Shown one piece after another: positions 50,210 through 59,510 of a stretch of 64,000 nt of DNA. Under the pieces are notes generated by a model, which did no database searches, was not told the DNA's origin, and saw only the letters and a program-made list of their open reading frames with translations. The position numbers and the translations under genes were made by a program. This stretch comes from an uncultured Syntrophorhabdus sp. (GTDB lineage Bacteria > Desulfobacterota > BSN033 > UBA1163), in the NCBI GenBank assembly GCA_964477935.1, contig CAYZFX010000003.1:48577-112576 (forward strand), given 5' to 3'. Position 1 is the stretch's first letter, and each line of letters starts with the position of its first letter.

Positions 50210-51271
50210 TTGGATATCAAGCGGAACTATTACGAAGATATCGAACTCTTTAAAAGCAAGACCGTTCTCGTCTGGACCATTCTCTTCCTCATCTTTCTTG
50301 CCTTTCTGCCTGCCTTCATAAAAAAGTTCCACCTGTTGGGATTATCCCTCTACATTGTCAACCTGATCACGGTCCATGCGATCGTCGCGGTCGGCCTCAA
50401 TATTCTCGTTGGGTATACCGGCCAAATCTCCATGGGACATGCGGGCTTCTTCGCCATAGGGGCTTTCACCTCGGTCATCCTCGTATCGAGATGGAGCCTC
50501 CCCCTCTTTATCGCCCTTCCCATCGCGGGCTTCACCTCCTCTGCTTTCGGGTTCCTCTTGGGACTTCCCTCACTGCGGTTGAAGGGCCCCTATCTGGCCA
50601 TTGCGACCCTCGGGTTCGGGATGGCGGTGACCACAACCATCAAACATCTTGAATTCTTCGGCGGCCGCATGGGCCTCCAGGCCCCTAAACTCGCATTTCT
50701 TGGTACCCCGATCAAGGACATTCATCTATATTATATGATCCAAATCATTGCGATCGTCATGGTCATCGGAGCGGTGAAGTTGATGAAGACCAGGGTGGGC
50801 CGGGCCTTCATCGCCATCCGCGACAGCGACATCGCTGCGGAGGCCATGGGGGTCAACCTCACCTATTACAAGACCCTCGCCTTTGCCGTAAGCGCTTTTT
50901 ATACGGGGATCGCAGGAGGGCTTTACGCCTTCATCCTGGGCTTTATCAATCCGGAGAGCTTCCATCTCATCATGTCGATCACCTTTCTGGCGATGGTGGT
51001 GGTCGGGGGATTGGGCTCAATCATGGGATCCATCAGCGGGGCAGCCCTGATGACCTTTCTCGACATCAAACTGCAGGCCATTCAGGATATCTCATGGATC
51101 GGACCGGCCCTGGTGACCTTCTCTCAGAAATATATGAGCCTCGCAGGGATCTCGAACATAGCGGTCATCGTCTACGGGTTGATCATGATCCTCATCGTCC
51201 TTTTTGAGCCTCTGGGGATCTTCGGTTTCTGGATACGATGCAAACGGTACTGGAAGACCTGGCCCTTCTAA
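50210..51271 (+). CDS. livM: Branched-chain amino acid ABC transporter permease (LivM-type)
   Basis: 353 aa polytopic permease. TTG start as in the ORF track, but the start is uncertain. Confidence 0.75.
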   Translation: MDIKRNYYEDIELFKSKTVLVWTILFLIFLAFLPAFIKKFHLLGLSLYIVNLITVHAIVAVGLNILVGYTGQISMGHAGFFAIGAFTSVILVSRWSLPLFIALPIAGFTSSAFGFLLGLPSLRLKGPYLAIATLGFGMAVTTTIKHLEFFGGRMGLQAPKLAFLGTPIKDIHLYYMIQIIAIVMVIGAVKLMKTRVGRAFIAIRDSDIAAEAMGVNLTYYKTLAFAVSAFYTGIAGGLYAFILGFINPESFHLIMSITFLAMVVVGGLGSIMGSISGAALMTFLDIKLQAIQDISWIGPALVTFSQKYMSLAGISNIAVIVYGLIMILIVLFEPLGIFGFWIRCKRYWKTWPF

Positions 51272-51331
51272 AATCATCGTTGGGAGTTCGGAGGAGAAGG
51301 ATATATCGGTGGATAACGGCAATCTGGTAAA

Positions 51332-52237
51332 TTGAAAAGATTAATGCCCCGAGCGGGAGGTTCAATGCTGGGACAACTCATCATCAGTGGACTGGCCGTG
51401 GGCGCCTGTTATGCACTACTCGCCCTTGCCATGGTGATCATCTACAAGACCTCCGAGGTGCTCAATTTCGCCCAGGGGGAAATGGCGATGATCAGCACCT
51501 TCATCGCCTTCACCCTCCTCGATACTTATCAGGTGCCATTTCCCTATGCCTTTGCCCTTACCCTTCTATTTGCCATTCTGCTCGCCGTCTTTTTTGAGTT
51601 CTCCTTCCTCAGGAGAGCCAAAGACCCGACGGTCCTCGGTTTGATCATCATCACCCTCGGCTTTGAAATGATTCTGATGGGATTTGTCGGATGGAAATGG
51701 GGTCCGGATCAGAGATCGCTTCCCTTTCCTGTCTCCAATATCGAAACGTATAACCTTTCCGGATTGGTGATCAGCAAAATCAATTTCTGGACGATCATCG
51801 TCTCCCTCGTCCTGATGTTCGTCCTCTTTCTCTTCTTCCGGTATACGAAACTGGGCATTGCAATGCGAGCCACCCAGCAGAACCAGTTGGCCGCCCGTGT
51901 CATGGGGATCCGAACCAAATGGATCTTCTCCTTCACCTGGGCTCTCAGCTCCATGGTCGGGGCCGTGGCAGGAATGCTCATCGCTGCCCTCGGTGTGCTC
52001 GATCCGCCGATGATGATGGATCCCCTGCTCAAAGGCTTTGCCTCAGGAGTCCTCGGTGGAATGACGAGCCTCCCGGGTGCAGCCCTCGGAGGGGCCCTGT
52101 TGGGAGTGATCGAAAACCTCTTTGGAGGGTATGTCTCCCTCTCGTTTAAGTCGGTGGTGGCCTTTGCGATCATCGTATTGATGCTCTGCGTGAGGCCAAG
52201 CGGATTATTGGCCAGGCATTATGTGAAAAAGGTCTGA
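51332..52237 (+). CDS. livH: Branched-chain amino acid ABC transporter permease (LivH-type)
   Basis: 301 aa permease of the LivH family. Confidence 0.8.
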   Translation: MKRLMPRAGGSMLGQLIISGLAVGACYALLALAMVIIYKTSEVLNFAQGEMAMISTFIAFTLLDTYQVPFPYAFALTLLFAILLAVFFEFSFLRRAKDPTVLGLIIITLGFEMILMGFVGWKWGPDQRSLPFPVSNIETYNLSGLVISKINFWTIIVSLVLMFVLFLFFRYTKLGIAMRATQQNQLAARVMGIRTKWIFSFTWALSSMVGAVAGMLIAALGVLDPPMMMDPLLKGFASGVLGGMTSLPGAALGGALLGVIENLFGGYVSLSFKSVVAFAIIVLMLCVRPSGLLARHYVKKV

Positions 52238-52300
52238 GTCAACCGGTAAGCGTCAAGAGCCATGAGTCATTCACAAGAAGACCAAGAAAGGAGGAGGATT

Positions 52301-53488
52301 ATGGTGAGGAAGAGTCTGTTGGGGATCGGTCTGATGATGTTTACATTCCTTATCATTTCTCCCGTTTGGGGTCAGGCAGTCCGGGGAGTGACAGACACGG
52401 AAATCCTCATCGGGCAGTGGGGACCCCAAACCGGACCGGCCGCTCCCTGGGGGGCTGTGGCAAGAGGGACGGACCTATTGGTGAAGATCATCAACGATGA
52501 GGGAGGCATTCACGGAAGGAAGATCCGGTACTTTTTAAGGGATGATTCCTATATGCCGGCCAAAACCAAGGCGATTGCGAAAGAATTTGTGGAGCAGATC
52601 GGCGTTTTTGCCGTCGTGGGGGGCGTCGGGGTGGCCACCGGCATGACGGCTCGGGATTACCTGATGGAGAACAAGGTTCCCTGGTGTGGCCCGGTCACGG
52701 GTGTCTACGAATGGATCACCCCGATTCAAAAATACCTCTTCGCCATCTACCCCCTCTACGACGACGAGGCCTTCAATCTCACCGGCTACCTCTACGAGAA
52801 GCTCGGATACAGAAAGATCGCCATGTTCTACCAGAACGACGATTACGGAAAACAGGGCCTCATGGGCGTCGAGCGATATCTCCTGAAGCATAAGATCAAG
52901 CTGGTCGAAAAGGTCTCGGCAGAGGTCACGGACCGGGATCTCAGCACCCATGCCCTGAAGTTGAAAACCTCCGGAGCTGAAGCGGTGATCATGTGGGCCA
53001 TGCCCACACATGCCGCCCTGCTTCTGGCTGAAACAGCAAAGATCGGGTTCAAGCCCCAGTGGGCCACGAGCAATACGCTCTCCGACGCTGCCCTGATGAT
53101 GAGCATCACCAAGGGGTTATGGGCGGGGATGATCAACTCCTTCTTCGGCGAGCTGCCGGACTCAAACCATCCCCTGATGGTCAAATATCGCGAGGCCCAG
53201 AAGAAATACGCTCCCCAGGAGCGTTGGGGCGTCTTCTACTATGCCGGCATCATCTTTGCGGAACCCTTTTTCGAAGGTCTTCGGAGGGCGGGAAGGAATC
53301 TGACGCCTGAGACCTGGGTCAGTGCGATGGAGACGCTCAAGAACTGGCAGGGCATCGGCCCACCGATCACCTACGGTCCTCCCAAAACGCCGATGGACCG
53401 ACAGGGTGGGAAACATGTCTTCTATGGAAAGGTGCGGCCCGACGGTTCGATCGAGAGGTTAACCGACTGGATCCAGATTTCAAAATAA
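52301..53488 (+). CDS. ABC transporter substrate-binding protein, LivK/LivJ-like (type I periplasmic binding fold)
   Basis: Start at MVRKSLLG after AGGAGGAGG. Signal peptide and a Leu/Ile/Val-binding-protein-like fold. Confidence 0.8.
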   Translation: MVRKSLLGIGLMMFTFLIISPVWGQAVRGVTDTEILIGQWGPQTGPAAPWGAVARGTDLLVKIINDEGGIHGRKIRYFLRDDSYMPAKTKAIAKEFVEQIGVFAVVGGVGVATGMTARDYLMENKVPWCGPVTGVYEWITPIQKYLFAIYPLYDDEAFNLTGYLYEKLGYRKIAMFYQNDDYGKQGLMGVERYLLKHKIKLVEKVSAEVTDRDLSTHALKLKTSGAEAVIMWAMPTHAALLLAETAKIGFKPQWATSNTLSDAALMMSITKGLWAGMINSFFGELPDSNHPLMVKYREAQKKYAPQERWGVFYYAGIIFAEPFFEGLRRAGRNLTPETWVSAMETLKNWQGIGPPITYGPPKTPMDRQGGKHVFYGKVRPDGSIERLTDWIQISK

Positions 53489-53586
53489 AAATACTTCAGG
53501 GGCCTTAGAGCAGGAAGGGTTCGGATCAAACAGAAGGGGATGGTCGGAGAGGTGGAAGCCTCTCCATTCCCCTCCATTTCAAATCC

Positions 53587-54378
53587 ATGGGACCGATTCT
53601 GAAAGTCGAAAATTTAACCATCTCTTTTGGCGGCATCAAGGCTGTTAACCATGTGAGCTTTGAGGTCGAAAAGGGCTCCATCTATTCCATCATCGGACCG
53701 AACGGGGCAGGAAAGACCACCATCTTCAACTGCATCAGCGGAATCTACCCCCCCGACTCAGGAAAGATCTCTTTCAAGGGGGAGGAGATCACCTATTTGA
53801 AACCCCATCAGGTGGCTAAAAAAGGAATCGCCCGGACCTTTCAGAATATCGAGCTCTTCTCCCACATGACCACGATGGACAACCTGATGCTGGGCCGCCA
53901 TATCCACATGAAAACGGGCGTCTGGAGCGGAGCCACCTTTCTCAATCAGCATTCCAGGGCAGCCCGGGAGGAGATCGAACATCGAAGGAAGGTGGAGGAG
54001 ATCATCGACTTCCTCGACCTGCAGTCGGCAAGAAACCAGTTCGTGATCAACTTGCCCTATGGAACCCGAAAACTGGTCGAATTAGGACGGGCCTTAGCCC
54101 TGGAGCCAGAGCTGATCCTTCTCGACGAACCTTCGGCGGGGATGAATCTTGAGGAGAAGATGGATATGATCTTCTCCATTCAAGACATCCGGGACGACCT
54201 CGGCATCACCGTTCTCCTCGTCGAACATGACATGAACCTGATCATGGAGGTCTCTGACAGGATCCTGGCCCTCAATTTTGGAGTCAAGATCGCCGAAGGG
54301 TTGCCCCAGGAGATCCAGAAACACCCCGAGGTCCTCAAGGCCTATCTGGGAGAGGAAGAGAGCCTTGCTAAAAGTTAA
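53587..54378 (+). CDS. livG: ABC transporter ATP-binding protein LivG-type
   Basis: Walker A GPNGAGKTT, ABC signature and Walker B. Confidence 0.85.
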   Translation: MGPILKVENLTISFGGIKAVNHVSFEVEKGSIYSIIGPNGAGKTTIFNCISGIYPPDSGKISFKGEEITYLKPHQVAKKGIARTFQNIELFSHMTTMDNLMLGRHIHMKTGVWSGATFLNQHSRAAREEIEHRRKVEEIIDFLDLQSARNQFVINLPYGTRKLVELGRALALEPELILLDEPSAGMNLEEKMDMIFSIQDIRDDLGITVLLVEHDMNLIMEVSDRILALNFGVKIAEGLPQEIQKHPEVLKAYLGEEESLAKS

Positions 54379-55132
54379 AAACATCGAAACCTTTTACGGC
54401 CTGATCATGGCTATCCGGGGAGTCTCCCTCGAGGTTGAGGCGAGACAGATCGTCTCTATCCTCGGGGCCAACGGCGCCGGGAAGACGACCATCCTCAAGA
54501 CGATCATGGGACTCCTGGAAGACCAACCGGACAAAGGGACGATCGAATTCATGGGCAAGAGGATCGACGGGAAGGATGCGGAGGAAATTGTCCATCTGGG
54601 CATCTCCTATGTTCCCGAAGGGAGAGAGGTCTTTCCGGAGTTGAGCGTGGATGAAAACTTGAAGATGGGGGCCTACACCCGCAGGGATAAAAAGGGCATC
54701 CGGGAGGACTACGAGCGGGTCATTCACCATTTCCCCATCCTTCACCAGAGAAAAGACCAGTGGGCAGGGACCTTGAGCGGTGGCGAACAACAGATGCTGG
54801 CCATCGGAAGGGCGCTGATGGCCCGTCCCAAATTATTGATGCTCGATGAACCTTCCCTGGGCCTCTCTCCCCTGCTCGTCAAAGAGATCTTCGGAATCAT
54901 CAAGACGATCAATGAAGAAGGGACGACGATCCTCCTCGTCGAACAGAATGCGAAGATGGCGTTGAGGATCTCTGATTATGCCTTTGTGTTAGAAAGTGGA
55001 AGGATCGTGGCAGCCAATAAACCTGAGATCCTCCTCCAGGACGAGGATGTGAAAGAATTCTACCTCGGTATCCGCTCCGAGGAATCGGCCAAGGGCTACC
55101 AGAGGTGGAAACGGAAGAAGCGGTGGCGATAA
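54366..55132 (+). CDS. livF: ABC transporter ATP-binding protein LivF-type
   Basis: TTG start (LLKVKNIETFYG) that overlaps the livG stop. Walker A GANGAGKTT. Confidence 0.75.
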
Positions 55133-55166
55133 AAATTTATTAACCGAAACCATGGGGGGAATTCAT

Positions 55167-56953
55167 TTACTCTCCACCTTTATATAACTTTTCGATCACA
55201 TCCTTATAGGCCTCATTGATCGCCTTTCGCTTCACCTTCATGGTGGGCGTCACCTCCCCATCTTCTTCGTAAAGCTTCTTGGGGATGATGGCGAATTTCT
55301 TCACCTGCTCCACCTGAGCGAGGGTCTTATTGACCCGATCTACCTCCTTCTGGATCAACTGTCTGATCTCCGGTGCCTGGGTGAGGCTGGCATAGGTACT
55401 GAACTGGATCTTGTGATCCTGAGCGTATTTGATCACATTCTCTTCGTCGATGGCGATGAGGGCCACGAGGTACTTCCGGCGATCTCCAATGACGATGGCA
55501 TCGTTGATGTAAGGGCTGAACTTTAACTGATTCTCGATGTTCTGGGGAGCGATGTTCTTTCCTCCCGCAGTGATGATCAGATCCTTCTTCCGATCGGTGA
55601 TCTTCAGGAACCCATCCTCATCCAGTTCACCGACGTCTCCTGAGTGAAGCCATCCCTCCTTGAGCGTCTCCGCCGTCGCCTCAGGATTTTTAAAATAGCC
55701 CTTGAAGACGCCCGGGCCTCTCACCAGGATCTCTCCATCCTCGGCAATCTTCACCTCTACACCTGGCAAAGGTTGACCGACCTTTCCGATCTTGAGTCGT
55801 CCCTTCTGGCTGACACTCGTAACCCCCGTCCCCTCGGTCTGACCGTAACCCTCTACAAGCGGAAGCCCGATGGCGTTAAAAAACTTCAATACCTCGGGAG
55901 AGATGGGAGCGGCGCCCGAATAGGCGATCCTCACCCGATCGAACCCCAAACGCTCCTTCAGTTTGCGAAAGACGGCTGCATAGGCAGCCAGATAGGCCGC
56001 CTTCAAATAGAGGGGAATGGGTTTAAAGTTCAACTTCAGATCGGCATACTTCATGCCGATTCCCATAGAGGCTTTGAAGACGGTCCGTTTGAACCAGGTG
56101 GCATCGGCCATCCGGATCATGATGCCTGAAGCATACTTCTCCCAGATTCGGGGAACCCCGCAGGTGACCGTCGGAGAGACTTCTCTCATATTCTCCATGA
56201 CCGTATCCGGGCTCTCGATGAAATTGCATACGGTCCGGTATCGAATATTGATCATCACGGTGAAGAGCTGTTCAAAAATGTGACACAAGGGAAGATAAGA
56301 GAGGGTCTCATCGCCGTCCTTCACCGGATTCACCCGGGTCATGGCCTCGCTCATAAAGAGGAGGTTGGCATGGGTGAGCATAGCTCCCTTCGGAGGGCCT
56401 GTCGTACCGGAGGTATAGATGAGAACAGCGAGGTCCTCCGGTTTGACTTCATTCAGGCGCTGGTCAAAAAGACCTGGATGTTTCTCATCGTACTCTTTCC
56501 CCAGCTCTAATAGGTCGTCGAAACTCATCAGGAGGGGATCGGGATACCGTTTCAACCCCTCCATGTCCATCACGATCACCTTCTCGAGATGGGGGGTATC
56601 CTTTCTGAATTTGAGGGTCTTGTCGAACTGTTCCTCATTCTCGGCAATGTAGAACCTCGAACCGGAGTTCTGGACGATGTAACCGCACTGTTCGGGGGCA
56701 TTGGTGGTATAGATTCCGGCGGTCACTCCGCCTGCCGACATGATTCCGAAGTCGGCATAGACCCATTCCGGACGGTTTTCGCTGATGATGGAGACGCACT
56801 GATCAGGCCCATGGCCACCTGTCTCACCTTCTCGCCATACTGTTTCCAGGTGACATCGTGCCAGATTCCGTAATCCTTATGGCGTAAGGCCACCCGGTCG
56901 GGACACTCTTTAACATTTTTATAAAAATAGGTGAGAAGGGTCTCGTGGCTCAT
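55167..56953 (-). pseudogene. Long-chain acyl-CoA synthetase (AMP-binding), disrupted by a frameshift/short deletion near 56797
   Basis: ORF 56723..56953 encodes the N-terminus up to ...VRQVAMGL. ORF 55167..56741 encodes the remainder, with homology running upstream of its first M in a different frame (VSIISENRPEWVYADFGIM). About 5 expected residues between GL and ENRPEW are missing. Confidence 0.55.
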
Positions 56954-56967
56954 GATATCGCTCCTTC

Positions 56968-58290
56968 TTAAACAACCCTGTGAAAGGATTCGTCGAATTC
57001 CGGCTTCCCTTCAAATCGTTTCATAAAGAAACCCGCGGCCATGTCCATGGTCTCGAAGAACGTCGGGCTGGCATCGATCCCGGCTCTCTGAAGGGCATGG
57101 AGGGCCTCCCTCAGGTCGGGCGGGCACCCCTTCACCGCAATCATCTCCTGGATATGTTCGCTGTCCTGATTCGCCTCAACCATACACCGCCCTAACAGGA
57201 TCGTCTTCTTCTTTCCGGGGGTCGGTCTCATCCTCTTGCCGGTCAGGATCTCCACTTCATCCCAGGGGCTTCCCCTCCAGGCATGGGCAATGGCCATCAG
57301 CATGATCGTGGTGAAACCAGAACAGTAGGTGCAGATCGTATCATCATATTGGCGATAGGTCAGGCCTCTGATCCCGAGCTTCTCCAGGGGTTTAGGGAGG
57401 GTCCCATCGGCGGTATAAGGGAAGGCGTATTCATGGAGGGAGGCAACCGATTCAATCGGCTCTCCTTTTACCTCGACATCGGAGAAATCGAGAGGCCTTC
57501 CGAAATCCTGTGAGGCATAAACGAGATGAGGAACCTGCGTGGGTTCGTATCCTAATACCTTGGCCCCCACCTTATCCACGGAAAAGATATCGGGAGAGGC
57601 AATGAGGAGGTTGCTCCTCCTCAGTCTTCCCTCGAAAAAAGGCCCCCTCTCAGCGGTGAAGATCCCGTCGAGCAAGGTGAAGGAGGGCGGAAGTTGATTG
57701 GCAAGCCTGGCGACCCAATAATTCAGATTCTTCTCCGGGTCCGGATTGTGACACTTCTTTCTGGAGGGGACATCCACCAATCCCTTGAGGTTCTTGATGC
57801 CGAGGCTGACCACGGTCTGGGCGTGGGTCTTCAGGACCGGAAGGTTGACCACGAAGTCGGCTTCCAGAACATCTTCATTGAAGTTGAGAACCACCCCCGC
57901 CCCTAAATCTATCTTCCGGAAGGGTCGTTCGAAAACATTGACCGTTTTAATCCCGTAGCGTTTCTTTAAGATATTATACCCAAGGCTTTCGAAGGCGTGG
58001 GCAGGCGTCTCCCGGTCCTTCGGATCGAAGGTCGTGATCCCTTCGATGAGCGTAATGTCCCCTACTCCTCCCTCTTTGAGGAGGATCACCATATCTTCGA
58101 CCACCCGGGAGGTCGTCACCACCCCCCATTTCGGAAAAGGCGTGTTGCGGGTCCAGAAGACGATGTTGGGTTTGATAAAGACCTTTCCCCCGACAGGCAG
58201 ATGGGCAAGGCCTTGGCAGAGATCCACCGCTCTTCTGACCGATTCCAATGGCTTCTCATATTTCACAATCGCAACGAGATGTTTTTTCAT
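56968..58290 (-). CDS. DUF362 domain protein with C-terminal Cys motifs
   Basis: 440 aa. The N-terminal KVFIKPNIV region is typical of DUF362. Confidence 0.65.
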   Translation of the reverse strand: MKKHLVAIVKYEKPLESVRRAVDLCQGLAHLPVGGKVFIKPNIVFWTRNTPFPKWGVVTTSRVVEDMVILLKEGGVGDITLIEGITTFDPKDRETPAHAFESLGYNILKKRYGIKTVNVFERPFRKIDLGAGVVLNFNEDVLEADFVVNLPVLKTHAQTVVSLGIKNLKGLVDVPSRKKCHNPDPEKNLNYWVARLANQLPPSFTLLDGIFTAERGPFFEGRLRRSNLLIASPDIFSVDKVGAKVLGYEPTQVPHLVYASQDFGRPLDFSDVEVKGEPIESVASLHEYAFPYTADGTLPKPLEKLGIRGLTYRQYDDTICTYCSGFTTIMLMAIAHAWRGSPWDEVEILTGKRMRPTPGKKKTILLGRCMVEANQDSEHIQEMIAVKGCPPDLREALHALQRAGIDASPTFFETMDMAAGFFMKRFEGKPEFDESFHRVV

Positions 58291-58778
58291 GCCTCCCCCT
58301 TAAAGAGGATACCCATCTTCTCCAGTCCCAACAACTTTATATCCTAACCCAAAAGAGGTGTCAAACACCCCCTCTTGGGAACTCTTCCCTTTGAAACAGG
58401 GAAGATTCTCCCTAAAAGCTGCCCTCATCGCCGTGACCCTCAGGGATGAAGAGAATTACCACAAGGCAGAGGAGCGACTATTTCTGAGTATCATGGCCGA
58501 TGAGGCCCGAATCAGGCAGGGAAGGGAGAGGAAATCCTCAGTCAAGAGAAGTTTGTCAAGGATCTGCCCGAGGGGGTTAAGGAGATGGGAACCTCCAGTT
58601 TTTCCGACACGGAGATTAGGATCAAAGAGGCGGATCGCCTCTGGTGATTGACGGGAGGCCTCTCGGTCTTCCTCGTGAGATAGGACCGATCGCTCAATTT
58701 AGGTATCTAAAACCGTTGATTGACATTGGGGTCAATTTTTGATAGGATTTCGATAATCCCAAGAGAAGGAGGTCCCTG

Positions 58779-59096
58779 ATGATCAAACGGGGGAGAAAGA
58801 TCACGATCCTATTTCTGGTAATCTTATGGGTTACAGGAGGGATAGGGACTGAAGGATGGTCTCAGGAAAAACCCCAAGGGGAGAATCCACCGATCAGTGA
58901 TGGAAAAGCCTTCATCGATCTCGTGATTGCAAGGCCTATCGGGTTAGCCGTAGGCCTGTTGGGTGTGGGTATTTTCATAACCACGTTACCTTTTACCATT
59001 CCCACAAGAAGCGCGGATGAGGCCGCGAAGTCTCTTATCCTCGATCCCTTCAAGTTCTCTTTTGGTAGAAAATTCCCAGATGAGGATTTGAAATAG
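58779..59096 (+). CDS. Small hypothetical membrane/secreted protein
   Basis: 105 aa with a GGAGG RBS and two hydrophobic segments. Confidence 0.4.
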   Translation: MIKRGRKITILFLVILWVTGGIGTEGWSQEKPQGENPPISDGKAFIDLVIARPIGLAVGLLGVGIFITTLPFTIPTRSADEAAKSLILDPFKFSFGRKFPDEDLK

Positions 59097-59309
59097 CCCT
59101 CTCTCGTGTGAAATCGTGAAAAAAAGAGAGGTCCCTCAATATTCCGCGATCTTCCCTGTGGGGAACCTATATCCCTTAGGGGGAGAGAGGCATTTCTCTC
59201 CTAAAAGACCCCCCACCGGTGGAAATCTTAAAACCGACGATAAAATCCTTGTTAAAAAAGTCCCGTGGCCAACACTTCACCCCACCATACAAGATCCTAA
59301 GCTATCCCA

Positions 59310-59406
59310 GTAATCCTTTAGTCAAGGGAACAAAAAGGGTTGGGAGGTTCTTCCGAAAAAAAACCTTGAGGCGAACCCTTGATTCATTGAAAGACGGAGG
59401 GGATAC
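59310..59406 (+). mobile_element. MITE-like repeat, copy 3 (97 bp internal-deletion derivative), flanked by perfect 8 bp direct repeats CTATCCCA at 59302-59309 and 59407-59414
   Basis: It retains the 5' TIR GTAATCCTTTAG and the first about 85 bp of the element plus a degenerate 3' end GGATAC. Confidence 0.65.
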
Positions 59407-59425
59407 CTATCCCAAAAGTTTTTGC

Positions 59426-59455
59426 TTGACAGGTCTTAGATCATTTTGGTAGATT
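59426..59455 (+). promoter_or_regulatory. Sigma70-like promoter TTGACA-N18-TAGATT for the acyl-CoA dehydrogenase
   Basis: -35 at 59426-59431, 12 bp downstream of the MITE copy 3 duplication. GGAGG RBS before the ATG at 59511. Confidence 0.45.
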
Positions 59456-59510
59456 AATGGTCGTTCATTAATAACCGAAGATCCCAGCAAGATGGGGAAA
59501 GGAGGATCTT

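Noticed and set aside
58358-58651. 97 aa ORF in the region upstream of the DUF362 gene
   Set aside because: It has no RBS and an Arg/Ser-rich low-complexity translation. It lies in the likely promoter region of the divergent DUF362 gene.
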